64,000 bases of DNA. Origin: an uncultured Candidatus Saccharibacteria bacterium (GTDB lineage Bacteria; Patescibacteriota; WWE3; 2-01-FULL-39-13). Location: the NCBI GenBank assembly GCA_964370865.1, contig CAYJKF010000005.1:35281-99280 (forward strand), read 5' to 3'. The notes beneath the pieces are model-generated. The model had not been told where the DNA came from. It searched no databases and worked only from the letters and a program-made list of their open reading frames with translations. The position numbers were made by a program, and so were the translations under genes. Below, piece after piece: positions 1 to 9,423 of the stretch; position 1 is the first letter of the stretch; each line of letters starts with the position of its first letter.

Positions 1-1419
1 GCAGGAGATGTAAATGAGAGGTCTCGAATGATAGAGCACACTCTTGATTCATTCGGTATTAAAGCTAAAATCGCAAGATACATTGTTGGCCCTTCGGTTA
101 CACAATATGCAATTAGTGTTCCTACTGGGGCGAGGGCGAACCGAATTTCTGCATTGAGTACGGATATAGCACTAAGACTAAAATCACCAAGTGGAAGCGT
201 TCGTATTGAAGCACCAATTCCTGGTAGCGACTTAATTGGTATTGAAGTACCTAATTATTCCCCAGCCTCAGTTTCACTAAGGAGTGTCCTTGATACTCCA
301 ACTATGAGAAATAACAAGTCAAAATTGGCAATTCCAATTGGAATAGATGTGTCAGGCACAATAATTGTTGAGGATATTTCAAAGATGCCACACTGTTTAG
401 TAGCTGGAGCTACGAATTCAGGAAAATCCGTTATGTTAAACGCTATTATTTCCAGCCTTTTATTTAGATGCTCACCACAAGAATGTCGTTTTATAATGAT
501 AGATCCTAAAATGGTTGAGTTAACTCAATATGATGGTATCCCTCATTTATTAGCTCCTGTCGTGACTGATTACGAGCATAAAGCTGTCTCGGCTTTGGCG
601 TGGGCCGTGTCTGAAATGGAAAGACGTCTCGAGGCATTTAAAAATTCTGGTTCTCGTAACTTGGCCGACTATAACGCCAAAGCCGGATTTCAATCCGAGC
701 CTTACATTGTTATTGTTGTTGATGAGTTTGCTGAACTTATGATGGTTGCTTCAAGTGACGTTGAAAGATATATCACTAGGATTACACAAAAAGCTAGAGC
801 TGCAGGTATTCACTTAATCCTTGCGACGCAACGACCATCGGTTAATGTAATTACGGGTACTATTAAAGCAAATATTCCTACACGTATGGCATTTAGAGTT
901 GCTTCAAATACCGATTCAAGAGTTATTCTGGACCAGTCAGGGGCAGAAACTTTGATAGGTAGAGGAGATATGTTGTATATTCCGCCAATCTCCGATTCAC
1001 CAAAACGAGTTCAAGGTGTCTATGTTATGGATCAAGAAATCAATGCAATTGTGGAGTTCCTAAAGTCAAAAGGTGGACCACCTGAATATATTCCAGAGAT
1101 ATTAGAGCAAAAAGTTGGAACACTTCCATCAGACAAAAAGTACGGCGGAGGAAATGACGAACTGGATTCTAAAATGATTGAGGCAATTAATATTGTATTT
1201 GCAGATGGAAAGGCTTCGGCGTCACATTTACAACGTCGTTTAAAGATTGGTTATTCAAGAGCCGCTTCGTTAGTTGATGCAATGCAAGAAGCAGGAATAG
1301 TAAGTAGACAAAATGGAAGCAAACCAAGAGAGGTATTATTGAGTAGTCCAGACGATGCGATTAACCGATTACAAAGCAATGCATCAGGCGATAATGATTT
1401 CTCGACTAGTGATTTTTAG
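1..1419 (+). CDS. ftsK: DNA translocase FtsK/SpoIIIE, C-terminal motor and gamma domains. The reading frame is open to the window edge, so the gene is 5'-truncated.
   Basis: Walker A GATNSGKS, a Walker B-like VIVVDEFAEL, and LILATQRPS typical of the FtsK motor. The C-terminal winged-helix gamma domain (LQRRLKIGYSRAASLVDAMQ). No in-frame stop between nt 1 and the ATG at 28. Confidence 0.85.
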   Translation, partial: AGDVNERSRMIEHTLDSFGIKAKIARYIVGPSVTQYAISVPTGARANRISALSTDIALRLKSPSGSVRIEAPIPGSDLIGIEVPNYSPASVSLRSVLDTPTMRNNKSKLAIPIGIDVSGTIIVEDISKMPHCLVAGATNSGKSVMLNAIISSLLFRCSPQECRFIMIDPKMVELTQYDGIPHLLAPVVTDYEHKAVSALAWAVSEMERRLEAFKNSGSRNLADYNAKAGFQSEPYIVIVVDEFAELMMVASSDVERYITRITQKARAAGIHLILATQRPSVNVITGTIKANIPTRMAFRVASNTDSRVILDQSGAETLIGRGDMLYIPPISDSPKRVQGVYVMDQEINAIVEFLKSKGGPPEYIPEILEQKVGTLPSDKKYGGGNDELDSKMIEAINIVFADGKASASHLQRRLKIGYSRAASLVDAMQEAGIVSRQNGSKPREVLLSSPDDAINRLQSNASGDNDFSTSDF

Positions 1420-1445
1420 TTTTTTGTGTAAAATAGACCGTACCT

Positions 1446-1823
1446 ATGGAAGTTGATTTAGAGACAGTCTTAGCAGTAGTAATAGCATTGATTGCAGTTA
1501 ACCTTATTTTTATAGGGTTTTACATTGTAAAAGTATTACGGGAAATAAGTAAAACTTTCGAAAAAGCACGAAGCATGATTGAAGATGTAGATCAGAGTGT
1601 GAAAGATGGAATTGGAAAAATGGCGGCTATTGAAAGACCATTACAAGCGATAGCTACAACTTCGGTTGCTTTAGCTGGTGTTATGAAGGGTGGAAGTGCC
1701 ATTAGAAAAGCTACTGAATCGATTCTCTCTGCTTCACAACCTGACAAAGATAATTCTGATGATGAAATGTCTGATATAACTCATGTCAGAAGGCCTCGCT
1801 GGTTCCGTAAATCCAATTCATAA
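1446..1823 (+). CDS. Small membrane-anchored protein with one N-terminal TM helix, DUF948-like.
   Basis: An N-terminal hydrophobic helix followed by a charged helical region. The architecture resembles DUF948 general-stress proteins. No catalytic motif. Confidence 0.35.
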   Translation: MEVDLETVLAVVIALIAVNLIFIGFYIVKVLREISKTFEKARSMIEDVDQSVKDGIGKMAAIERPLQAIATTSVALAGVMKGGSAIRKATESILSASQPDKDNSDDEMSDITHVRRPRWFRKSNS

Positions 1824-1876
1824 TCTCCTGCGTTAAATTCGAGGTAAATATGCGGTAATTATGCTACTATTTTTGT

Positions 1877-2962
1877 ATGTATAAGCCCGAATACACCATT
1901 AGTAATAATTTACTCAATTCTATAGTTTCAATTGAATCTTCAAGATCAATCATACAAAGGGCAGCCCTTTTGCCACTATATGAACGTCAATTTAGAGGGG
2001 ACGCAGTAGCTAGAAGAGTGCATTTTTCCACTGCTATTGAAGGTAATTATCTTAATTTAGATCAAATAAAGGATATTATGCTTCAGGGAAATACGGGACA
2101 GGACAATTCCCCTCAAAATAGTCAAAGTATGCAGTATCCTGCTAAAAGAAAAGATGTGGACGAGGTGATTAATTACCGAAATTTAGTAAATTACATTGAA
2201 TCCATGGACAAAAATCACAAAACGGGTACAAAAAAGTTTTCCCTGGATTTAGAGATAATTACTCGTATGCACGAGATACTGTTAAAGAATATTGAAGATG
2301 AAAAAGTGGGGCATATTCGTACCCAGAATGCTTTGACAATAAACTATGCTACTGGACAGAAGCTTTATTTATACGAACCAGCGGAAAATGTCAAAACTAA
2401 ACTCAAGGAGTTACTTAGCTGGTATCAAACAAATGGAAAAGACGTACACCCAATTATAAAAGCAGGCTTATTACATTTGGAATTTGTAAGAATACATCCT
2501 TTTCATGAAGGAAATGGAAGGCTTGCCAGGGGATTAACTACACTTAGCTTAGCGATTGATGATTATGATATTAATCATTTCTTTTGTCTGGATGAATATT
2601 ACAGTGCAAATGCTGAGGAATATTATAATTCGCTTCAAAAAGGGTTTAAGAATCCAATTGATTGGCTCGAATACTTTGCGATTGGAATGTCGATTGAATT
2701 TAACCGAATAAAAGATCGTGTAGTTAAAATTTCAAAGGATGCGAAGGTGAAAGATAGGGTAGGCCAACAGTTTATCTCAGAGCGACAGGAAAAAATAATT
2801 GAATGGATAAATAATTATGGGTTTTTTAAGAACAATGATTTTGAGGTTATATTTAATGATATATCTGAAGATACGGTACTAAGGGAACTGAAAGGATTGG
2901 TTGAAATGGGTGTAATCACTAAAAAAGGGAAAACCAAATTAGCGAGATATGAGTTTATATAA
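1877..2962 (+). CDS. Fic-domain protein, a putative AMPylator (adenylyltransferase).
   Basis: The canonical Fic motif HPFHEGNGRLAR (HxFx[D/E]GNGRxxR). An N-terminal STAIEGN matching the (S/T)xxxE(G/N) auto-inhibitory helix motif of class II Fic proteins. Confidence 0.85.
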   Translation: MYKPEYTISNNLLNSIVSIESSRSIIQRAALLPLYERQFRGDAVARRVHFSTAIEGNYLNLDQIKDIMLQGNTGQDNSPQNSQSMQYPAKRKDVDEVINYRNLVNYIESMDKNHKTGTKKFSLDLEIITRMHEILLKNIEDEKVGHIRTQNALTINYATGQKLYLYEPAENVKTKLKELLSWYQTNGKDVHPIIKAGLLHLEFVRIHPFHEGNGRLARGLTTLSLAIDDYDINHFFCLDEYYSANAEEYYNSLQKGFKNPIDWLEYFAIGMSIEFNRIKDRVVKISKDAKVKDRVGQQFISERQEKIIEWINNYGFFKNNDFEVIFNDISEDTVLRELKGLVEMGVITKKGKTKLARYEFI

Positions 2963-4799
2963 GCTTTAGAAACTGAGTTTCGCTAATAATTTCTACGCCT
3001 AATTTTCCGGCCTTTTCTGCCTTAGAGCCTGCATCTTCGCCTGCAATTAAATAGGAGAGATCTTTTGTTATTGAAGTTTTGTAAGTTCCACCATTATCGT
3101 TAATCATTTTTATTAATTCATCTCTTGAATACTTTTCTTTCTTTCCTGTAATGGCAAAGGATTTGCCATTAAGTTTAGTGGATTTGCTAACTTCTTCAAA
3201 CTGTAGACCAAGTTTTAGTAATTCCTCTACGAGTGGCCAACGTTTTCTCAAATCTTCAATAAAATATTTTGCTTTGACCGGACCAATACCCTTGACTGTA
3301 GCTATATCCTCAGCAGTTAGCTTATGCAAATTTTCAAATCCAAAATGATTTATTATCCACATACTTGTTGCTGGTCCAATTTCCCTTATACCAAGAGCTT
3401 GTAATAATTGGGTAGGGGTAATAGTTCCATTTAATGTATTGCGAATATTTGACACGATTTTTTTAGCGCTTTTCTCACCAAGTCTATCTAACTTCGCAAT
3501 TTCGGAATCCTTTAGCTCATAAAAATCTATAATCGAGTCGATTTTAAATGCGTTAATTAGTGTTTCGATGGTTTTGATTCCAAGTTCTTCGGCATTTAGG
3601 ACTTTAAAAAAGTATTCGTAGGATTGTGCTTTACGTGCGGCACAATCTGGATTGGGGCACTCTAGGTATTTATTGTTTCGAATTAGCTTTGAGGCACAAA
3701 CAGGGCAATTAGTAGGTATTTTATACGTGCGTTTATTTTGCGGTAAATCTGCGGGAAATACCTGCGTAATGAACGGAATAACCTCTCCGGACCTGCATAT
3801 TTCGACCTTATCACCAATATCTATGCCTGTTTTCTCAATAAATTCGATATTATGAAGGGTAACATTAGTTACAGTTGCCCCGCTTAATACAATGGGTTTT
3901 ACCTGTGCAACGCTTGTAATACGTCCGGTGCGGCCGACTTGATCTGTTATTCCAACAACTACCGTTTCTTTGCGCTCGGCGGGGGATTTGTATGCGATTT
4001 GCCATTTTTCGTGGTGTTGTGTTGCAAATAGGCTATTTTTAATATTTTCAGACGTTGCCTTTATTACAATTCCGTCAAGGGCATAATCGATTTGAAACAT
4101 TTGTTCTAGGATTTCTTCCCAGGTTGTTTCGTTTAATAAATCCTTTTGCTTTACTTGAATTACGGTAGATTGGTCATACAGTACAAAGTGAATCATTCCA
4201 TCTCTAATTGCTTTTATTCCTTCTGGTTTTACTTGTTTTGATTTAATAATTCCAACTACTGCATTTCTTGGGTTTTTATATGTTCCTTCTAAATTTTCTC
4301 GGAAATAGGATAGGGGAATAACTATTTCTCCATGTGCAGAGACATTTGGATCAGAAGGAAGATTGCCAATTACAGTTAGATATTTTAGACGTTCGCTAAT
4401 ATTTTCCCCATAAAATCCATCGCCGCGGGTTGATAAAGTGTTATTTTGATAACGAGCTGCCATGCCGTCGTATTTTGGTTCAACTATATAATTTTCATCA
4501 TTAATATCTGTAACCCATTTTTTAATATCTTCGTATGTGTATTTTTTCTCCAAAGACAACATTGGTGTTGTGTGTTTAATGTCTCCAATCTCTCCGACGA
4601 GTTCATATAATACAGCTGAATCTGGCTTAAGTTTTCGAAGTTGTTCGGTCAAAATATCAAATTCCTCATCTGATATTTCTGGATTATTATCTACGAAATA
4701 CTTAATATTGTGATACTTTACTAACTTCTCTAATTTTTCGATTTCAGTTGGATTAGTAGGGGTCCCAGTAGTAGGTGTCCCAGTAGTAGGTGTTTTCAT
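2955..4799 (-). CDS. ligA: NAD-dependent DNA ligase LigA.
   Basis: Adenylation motif KYDGMA (KxDG). OB-fold and Zn-finger cysteines (CPVC...CPNPDC). HhH region. C-terminal BRCT domain (FAITGKKEKYSRDEL...). 8-nt convergent overlap with the Fic gene. Confidence 0.9.
   Translation of the reverse strand: MKTPTTGTPTTGTPTNPTEIEKLEKLVKYHNIKYFVDNNPEISDEEFDILTEQLRKLKPDSAVLYELVGEIGDIKHTTPMLSLEKKYTYEDIKKWVTDINDENYIVEPKYDGMAARYQNNTLSTRGDGFYGENISERLKYLTVIGNLPSDPNVSAHGEIVIPLSYFRENLEGTYKNPRNAVVGIIKSKQVKPEGIKAIRDGMIHFVLYDQSTVIQVKQKDLLNETTWEEILEQMFQIDYALDGIVIKATSENIKNSLFATQHHEKWQIAYKSPAERKETVVVGITDQVGRTGRITSVAQVKPIVLSGATVTNVTLHNIEFIEKTGIDIGDKVEICRSGEVIPFITQVFPADLPQNKRTYKIPTNCPVCASKLIRNNKYLECPNPDCAARKAQSYEYFFKVLNAEELGIKTIETLINAFKIDSIIDFYELKDSEIAKLDRLGEKSAKKIVSNIRNTLNGTITPTQLLQALGIREIGPATSMWIINHFGFENLHKLTAEDIATVKGIGPVKAKYFIEDLRKRWPLVEELLKLGLQFEEVSKSTKLNGKSFAITGKKEKYSRDELIKMINDNGGTYKTSITKDLSYLIAGEDAGSKAEKAGKLGVEIISETQFLKLI
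4758..4795. repeat. Short tandem repeat of about 15 nt, 2.5 copies (gtcccagtagtaggt), inside the ligA 5' end.
   Basis: gtaggggtcccagtagtaggtgtcccagtagtaggtg encodes the TPTTGTPTTGTPT repeat at the LigA N-terminus. Confidence 0.4.
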
Positions 4800-5710
4800 T
4801 GTTTCGAGCTTTCTATCCGTTTCCAGGCGCCTACGGAATACCGATTTAATAAATGGTTAAGATAAATTGTAAGCCATAAATAGGCCCTAAGTGGGTACAC
4901 CAGAATTGAAAACATTAATTCTCTGATATTTTTTGCAAACCTTATAGGAAATAACGCCATTGATAAGTCCTCTCTTATATTTCTTGTGTGGTTTTCGGTC
5001 GAGCTTGTTTTCTGTTTATATTTTAGTAGTTGGATATTTCCCCCCAAGGATCTTTTCTTTTGACTCATCCAGTCTGTAAGGGTTTTAGGGAATTTAGTAT
5101 AAACCAAGGCATTTCCTGCGTAGCCTATCTTTTTGCCCATTTCTACTAATCTCATTGAAACATAAGCATCATCGGATCTTATTTCCTCTGGCATAGGAAA
5201 TATTCCTGGAATGTTTTTAATAATGTACAAGTATCCGCTTAGGGGAGTATAAATTGTTTCTTTCATTCGACGTTGGTGAGCGGCTTCACAATATAAATGA
5301 GAGGAGTATCCCCAAAATGTTAGACGGCTGTCTGCTGAAACAGGGTGGCCTCCTACGGCGCTTTTATTTCCTAAACTTAATTCATTCACCAATTCTGATA
5401 TAGATTGCTCAGAAATCTGTACATCGCCATCAGTGAAGATAAAGTAGTCGGCCTCAACGTTGTCTACGGCTAGATTTAAGGCGGCGGGTTTACCGACCCC
5501 ATTATCCTTAATCGTCTTGAAATGTGCATAAACCTCGGATTGGGCAGCACGTTCTCCCTCTGATAGGGTATCAAGATCTGGAGCAACCAATATAACTTGG
5601 TAAAAATTATTATATTTTTGTTCGTTGTTTACCGCTTTAATGACTGCTTTAACAGCATTACCGACTGTGGCTTTTTCATTAAAAGAGGTTATTATTACGG
5701 CGATTTTCAT
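4796..5710 (-). CDS. Family 2 glycosyltransferase.
   Basis: An N-terminal IAVIITSFNE. A DxD-like FTDGD motif. GT-A fold spacing. Confidence 0.6.
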   Translation of the reverse strand: MKIAVIITSFNEKATVGNAVKAVIKAVNNEQKYNNFYQVILVAPDLDTLSEGERAAQSEVYAHFKTIKDNGVGKPAALNLAVDNVEADYFIFTDGDVQISEQSISELVNELSLGNKSAVGGHPVSADSRLTFWGYSSHLYCEAAHQRRMKETIYTPLSGYLYIIKNIPGIFPMPEEIRSDDAYVSMRLVEMGKKIGYAGNALVYTKFPKTLTDWMSQKKRSLGGNIQLLKYKQKTSSTENHTRNIREDLSMALFPIRFAKNIRELMFSILVYPLRAYLWLTIYLNHLLNRYSVGAWKRIESSKQ

Positions 5711-5947
5711 TGGGTTAATTTTATCATTCTTACATCAACTAGTCAGTTATATATGTTAAGATTCAATTATGTTGAATAGCCCATTAACGGGAATGGTTAT
5801 GTACTCGGTAGCAACGATTCTCATGTTGGGAGTTTTAATATTAGCAGTTATAATCGGTTACAATATTAAAGATCGATTAGAGCAAGTTATGATACAAAGA
5901 CAAGTCGATCTTTCTTATGGATTTAATTCGTAAATCTGCCTCAGATA

Positions 5948-7210
5948 ATGAAATTAAAAATTAGTAATCAACCTATAAAAGGATTTCGTGATTTTACTCC
6001 AAATGATTGGTTAAAAGAGAAGTATATTTTTAATAAATGGTCTTCTGTTTGTAAATCTTATGGATATGAAGAATACAACGGTCCTTTAATTGAATCAGTT
6101 GAAATTTATAACAAATCAGGGGATGATATCGGTCTAGCTGGAAAGGAGCTGTACACGTTTACTGATAGAGGTGACCGAAAGTTAGCAATTCGTCCAGAAA
6201 TGACACCAACGGTTGGAAGAATGATTTCTTCATATGCTAAAACTGCCGCTAAGCCAATCAGATGGTATAGCATTGCTCAGTTTTTTAGGGCAGAGAATCC
6301 ACAAAGAGGACGCGGACGTGAATTTTATCAATTAAATGCAGATATCTTTGGCGATAAATCAATTAATTCCGATATTGAAGTGTTAGCGTTGGTAGTTGAT
6401 TTGATGCTGTCGCTTGGTGCCACCGAAAAAATGTTCAAAATAAAATATAACGATAGGGTTTTTATGAATAAATCGTTATTAAGTTTTATTCCAGAAGATA
6501 AAATCACACCAGTTCTTAGAATAATCGATGGATATAAGAAAAAACCAGAGGCCTGGTTGAAGCAGTCATTGATTGATATTGGTCTTGACTCCGACTCAAT
6601 CGATAAAGTTAATGATTATTTAGCTTTAGATTTTGATGGTATGAAGTCATTGGGAGATAATGGCATTGAATATTTGGTCAAGTTACAAGAAATGCTTGAA
6701 GATCTAGGCATATCTCAATACTTTGAATACGATTCTGGATTAGCTCGAGGTTTTGATTATTATACTGGGCTGGTATTTGAGGTTTATGATATGAATCCAG
6801 AAAATAACAGGTCAATGTTTGGAGGAGGTAGGTACGATAATCTTACAGAAATGTTTGGAGGTGAGCAGATTCCTGCTGTTGGATTTGCCCCTGGAGACAT
6901 CACTACGCTTTTATTTTTAGAGTCTTGGGACTTATTTCCAAATAAATTGGATGAAGAAGTTTTGAAATATTACATACCGTTTCTTTACGAAGAAAGCTTG
7001 CCTGTGGCCTATAAATTAGCTAGAAAACTAAGATTGGATGGCAGTATTGTTGTTGTTGGCACAAATGAAGAGTCTATAAATAAAGCTTTATCATATGCTT
7101 CCAAAAATGATTACTCTCATGTTATTTTGATAGGGCAGGATGAGTTTAAATCTGGAAAATACAAAGTTAAAAATCTTGTTACACAAACTGAAGAGTCTTT
7201 TAATTATTAA
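5948..7210 (+). CDS. hisS: Histidyl-tRNA synthetase, a class II aaRS (HisS/HisZ-like).
   Basis: GFRDFTPNDW, IRPEMTPTVGR and RAENPQRGRGREFYQ class II motifs characteristic of HisRS. A C-terminal anticodon-binding-like region. Confidence 0.8.
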   Translation: MKLKISNQPIKGFRDFTPNDWLKEKYIFNKWSSVCKSYGYEEYNGPLIESVEIYNKSGDDIGLAGKELYTFTDRGDRKLAIRPEMTPTVGRMISSYAKTAAKPIRWYSIAQFFRAENPQRGRGREFYQLNADIFGDKSINSDIEVLALVVDLMLSLGATEKMFKIKYNDRVFMNKSLLSFIPEDKITPVLRIIDGYKKKPEAWLKQSLIDIGLDSDSIDKVNDYLALDFDGMKSLGDNGIEYLVKLQEMLEDLGISQYFEYDSGLARGFDYYTGLVFEVYDMNPENNRSMFGGGRYDNLTEMFGGEQIPAVGFAPGDITTLLFLESWDLFPNKLDEEVLKYYIPFLYEESLPVAYKLARKLRLDGSIVVVGTNEESINKALSYASKNDYSHVILIGQDEFKSGKYKVKNLVTQTEESFNY

Positions 7211-7237
7211 TTTATTAATTGGAGGTGAAATATCAAT

Positions 7238-7552
7238 ATGGAAGAACAAAATCAACCAACAAAAACAAGTTCAGTGAGTGACGATAGACTATTAGCAGCT
7301 GTCAGTTATTTATGGATATTATCAGTTGTTATCTATTTACTTAAGAAAGATAACGAATATATATCGTTTCATGCTAAGCAGGGAATGGTATTAATGGTTA
7401 TCGGATTAGTATTGATGATAGTTCCAATCATTGGCTGGGCATTAAATTTAGTAGTTTTCATAGCCGTGGTAGTCGGGGCTGTTAAAGCATATATGGGTGA
7501 AAAATTTAGATTACCTTTAATTGCAGACTTAGCTGATAAAATTAATTTCTAA
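7238..7552 (+). CDS. Small membrane protein, DUF4870-like.
   Basis: LLAAVSYLWILSVVIYLLKKDNEYISFHAKQGMVLMV resembles DUF4870-family proteins. Two TM helices. Confidence 0.4.
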   Translation: MEEQNQPTKTSSVSDDRLLAAVSYLWILSVVIYLLKKDNEYISFHAKQGMVLMVIGLVLMIVPIIGWALNLVVFIAVVVGAVKAYMGEKFRLPLIADLADKINF

Positions 7553-7860
7553 TGGAATCATTAAAGGATATCCTATCGAAAATACAAGAGAAGGATGTTG
7601 GTAAATATGTTAAACACGAATGGCAGCTTTATGCATACAGACTAGCAAGAAATCTCGACGATTTAGATAGGGTTTCTTTGTATATGCGACTGGCTAAGAA
7701 TGAAAAGCGCGAATTATTACAAAACGCCTGGGATTTTGTTAAGGAGTCAAACCCTAGATCAAAATCCCGGCTTTTTTTATGGAAACTGACCAGATTAAAG
7801 GCTGAAAAAGCAGAAAAAGATAAAGAAAAAGAAGAAGTGAAAAAAGAGATCAAGTCTTAA
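7552..7860 (+). CDS. Hypothetical K/E-rich small protein.
   Basis: An ORF sharing ATGA start/stop coupling with the upstream gene. No recognisable motif. Confidence 0.3.
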   Translation: MESLKDILSKIQEKDVGKYVKHEWQLYAYRLARNLDDLDRVSLYMRLAKNEKRELLQNAWDFVKESNPRSKSRLFLWKLTRLKAEKAEKDKEKEEVKKEIKS

Positions 7861-7908
7861 GCTTCGTTTTGTGGACGTACATTAGAAAAGATGCGTATAA
7901 TGTTTTAA

Positions 7909-8454
7909 ATGAGTAGCTTTATTGATAGATATAAAACACCTTTTATTATTTCCATAGTAATGTCGTTAGCTGTAATGCTTCTTGCCGATGTTTCCACCGC
8001 CTTTGGAGGAATATTAGCTATTTTAGGTGGAATCACTGGTATTTTTATGATGGATTTGGAGTTCCTGTTATATGCCCATTTGATTGAGCCTAATGCTCCG
8101 GAGTCAGTTGAGATTAAATCCACCCTCAAGTCAAAAAGTTTCCTATCATATGTCCGTTATTTGAATACAAATGAATATTCTTTCAAAGAATTGCCACTAA
8201 GAAGTGTCCTTTTTCAAGTACTGTTGATTATTTTCGGGTATTACATCGTAATGACTAGCGGAATGCCATTTGGTTTAGCCTTAATATTATCGTTAATCGC
8301 CAACATTTTTTATATGCAAATCATAGAAATTATGAAACTTGGAGATTTGGATCGCTGGTTTTGGGTTTATAACGGGGATGTTAGTAAACAAGGCTCGATT
8401 ACATACCTCGTAGGGCTTGGCTTGGCTTTTTTAGGTATATTCTTTTTTATATAA
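7909..8454 (+). CDS. Hypothetical polytopic membrane protein.
   Basis: Four or more hydrophobic helices. No motif. Confidence 0.35.
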   Translation: MSSFIDRYKTPFIISIVMSLAVMLLADVSTAFGGILAILGGITGIFMMDLEFLLYAHLIEPNAPESVEIKSTLKSKSFLSYVRYLNTNEYSFKELPLRSVLFQVLLIIFGYYIVMTSGMPFGLALILSLIANIFYMQIIEIMKLGDLDRWFWVYNGDVSKQGSITYLVGLGLAFLGIFFFI

Positions 8455-8460
8455 ATATCC

Positions 8461-9417
8461 ATGCAAAATTTATTGAATATAGGGCATATAACCCTAGATA
8501 CGTTTTTGACCATCGATTCAGCAAATGTTCTTTGTGACTTGAATGATAAGGAATGTAAAATTGCTTTTGAATATGGCGCCAAAATACCTGTACATGAGAT
8601 CCATTATGGAATAGGTGGCGGTGCTTCAAATGTGGTTGTAGGGACTAAATTATTAGGTATAAACAGCTCTATATGGTCCATAATAGGTAAGGATCGTAAT
8701 GCGGATAGCATTTTAGATTTATTCACAAAACATAAAATTAAGACTGATTTAATTGAAAGGGATGATCTTCCAACGGATTTAGCCACGATATTGACCTTTG
8801 GACCAGAGAGAACAATCTTTACGTACAATTCTGATAGAAAATTCAAAGTTCAGAGTAATTTATTCTCAAAATTTAATAATGTTTTCTTATCTTCAGTCGG
8901 GAAGGATGTTGAAAATATGTATGATGAAATCGAGAGAGCAAAGGATAAGTATGGGTTTAAGCTATTTTTTAATCCGGGCTCCAAAGAAATAAGATATTCA
9001 CATTCCTCAATTGTTAAGATATTAGACTCTGTGGATTATTTAATTGCAAACGTTGAAGAAGGATGTGCTTTATTAAATCCTGGCCTCACTCGGTCTCAAA
9101 TCGAAATAGAGGACCTTATATCGATGTTAAATCAAAAGGGAATCAAACATATTGCTCTAACTGACGGAGTAAACGGTGTCTATTACAGCGATGGTTATAG
9201 AGTTAAACATGTAAAAGCCCAAAAGGTCGAGGTTGTAGAGAAAACTGGTGCGGGAGATGCTTTTGCATCCGGATATATTTCAGCAATATTAAATGGATTA
9301 AGTATTGAGGACTCAATTAAATGGGGAGTTACAAATGGAGCGAGTGTGGTACAAAAAGTCGGATCTCAATCAGGCTTGTTATCTCTAAAAGAAATGCAGA
9401 AAAGATTATCTTCTTAA
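8461..9417 (+). CDS. PfkB-family carbohydrate/nucleoside kinase (ribokinase-like).
   Basis: An N-terminal GGGASNVVVG-type di-Gly. A C-terminal GAGDAFASGY anion-hole/ATP motif typical of the PfkB family. Confidence 0.7.
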   Translation: MQNLLNIGHITLDTFLTIDSANVLCDLNDKECKIAFEYGAKIPVHEIHYGIGGGASNVVVGTKLLGINSSIWSIIGKDRNADSILDLFTKHKIKTDLIERDDLPTDLATILTFGPERTIFTYNSDRKFKVQSNLFSKFNNVFLSSVGKDVENMYDEIERAKDKYGFKLFFNPGSKEIRYSHSSIVKILDSVDYLIANVEEGCALLNPGLTRSQIEIEDLISMLNQKGIKHIALTDGVNGVYYSDGYRVKHVKAQKVEVVEKTGAGDAFASGYISAILNGLSIEDSIKWGVTNGASVVQKVGSQSGLLSLKEMQKRLSS

Positions 9418-9423
9418 ATTCAA

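Noticed and set aside
3151-3855. Short plus-strand ORFs antisense to ligA (3151-3348, 3652-3855). The same applies to many other short antisense or embedded ORFs in the track, for example 5597-5779, 8367-8846, 24003-24239, 32925-33158, 52472-53169 and 55603-55821.
   Set aside because: They are embedded in, or antisense to, confidently assigned longer genes. They have no RBS or motif support.
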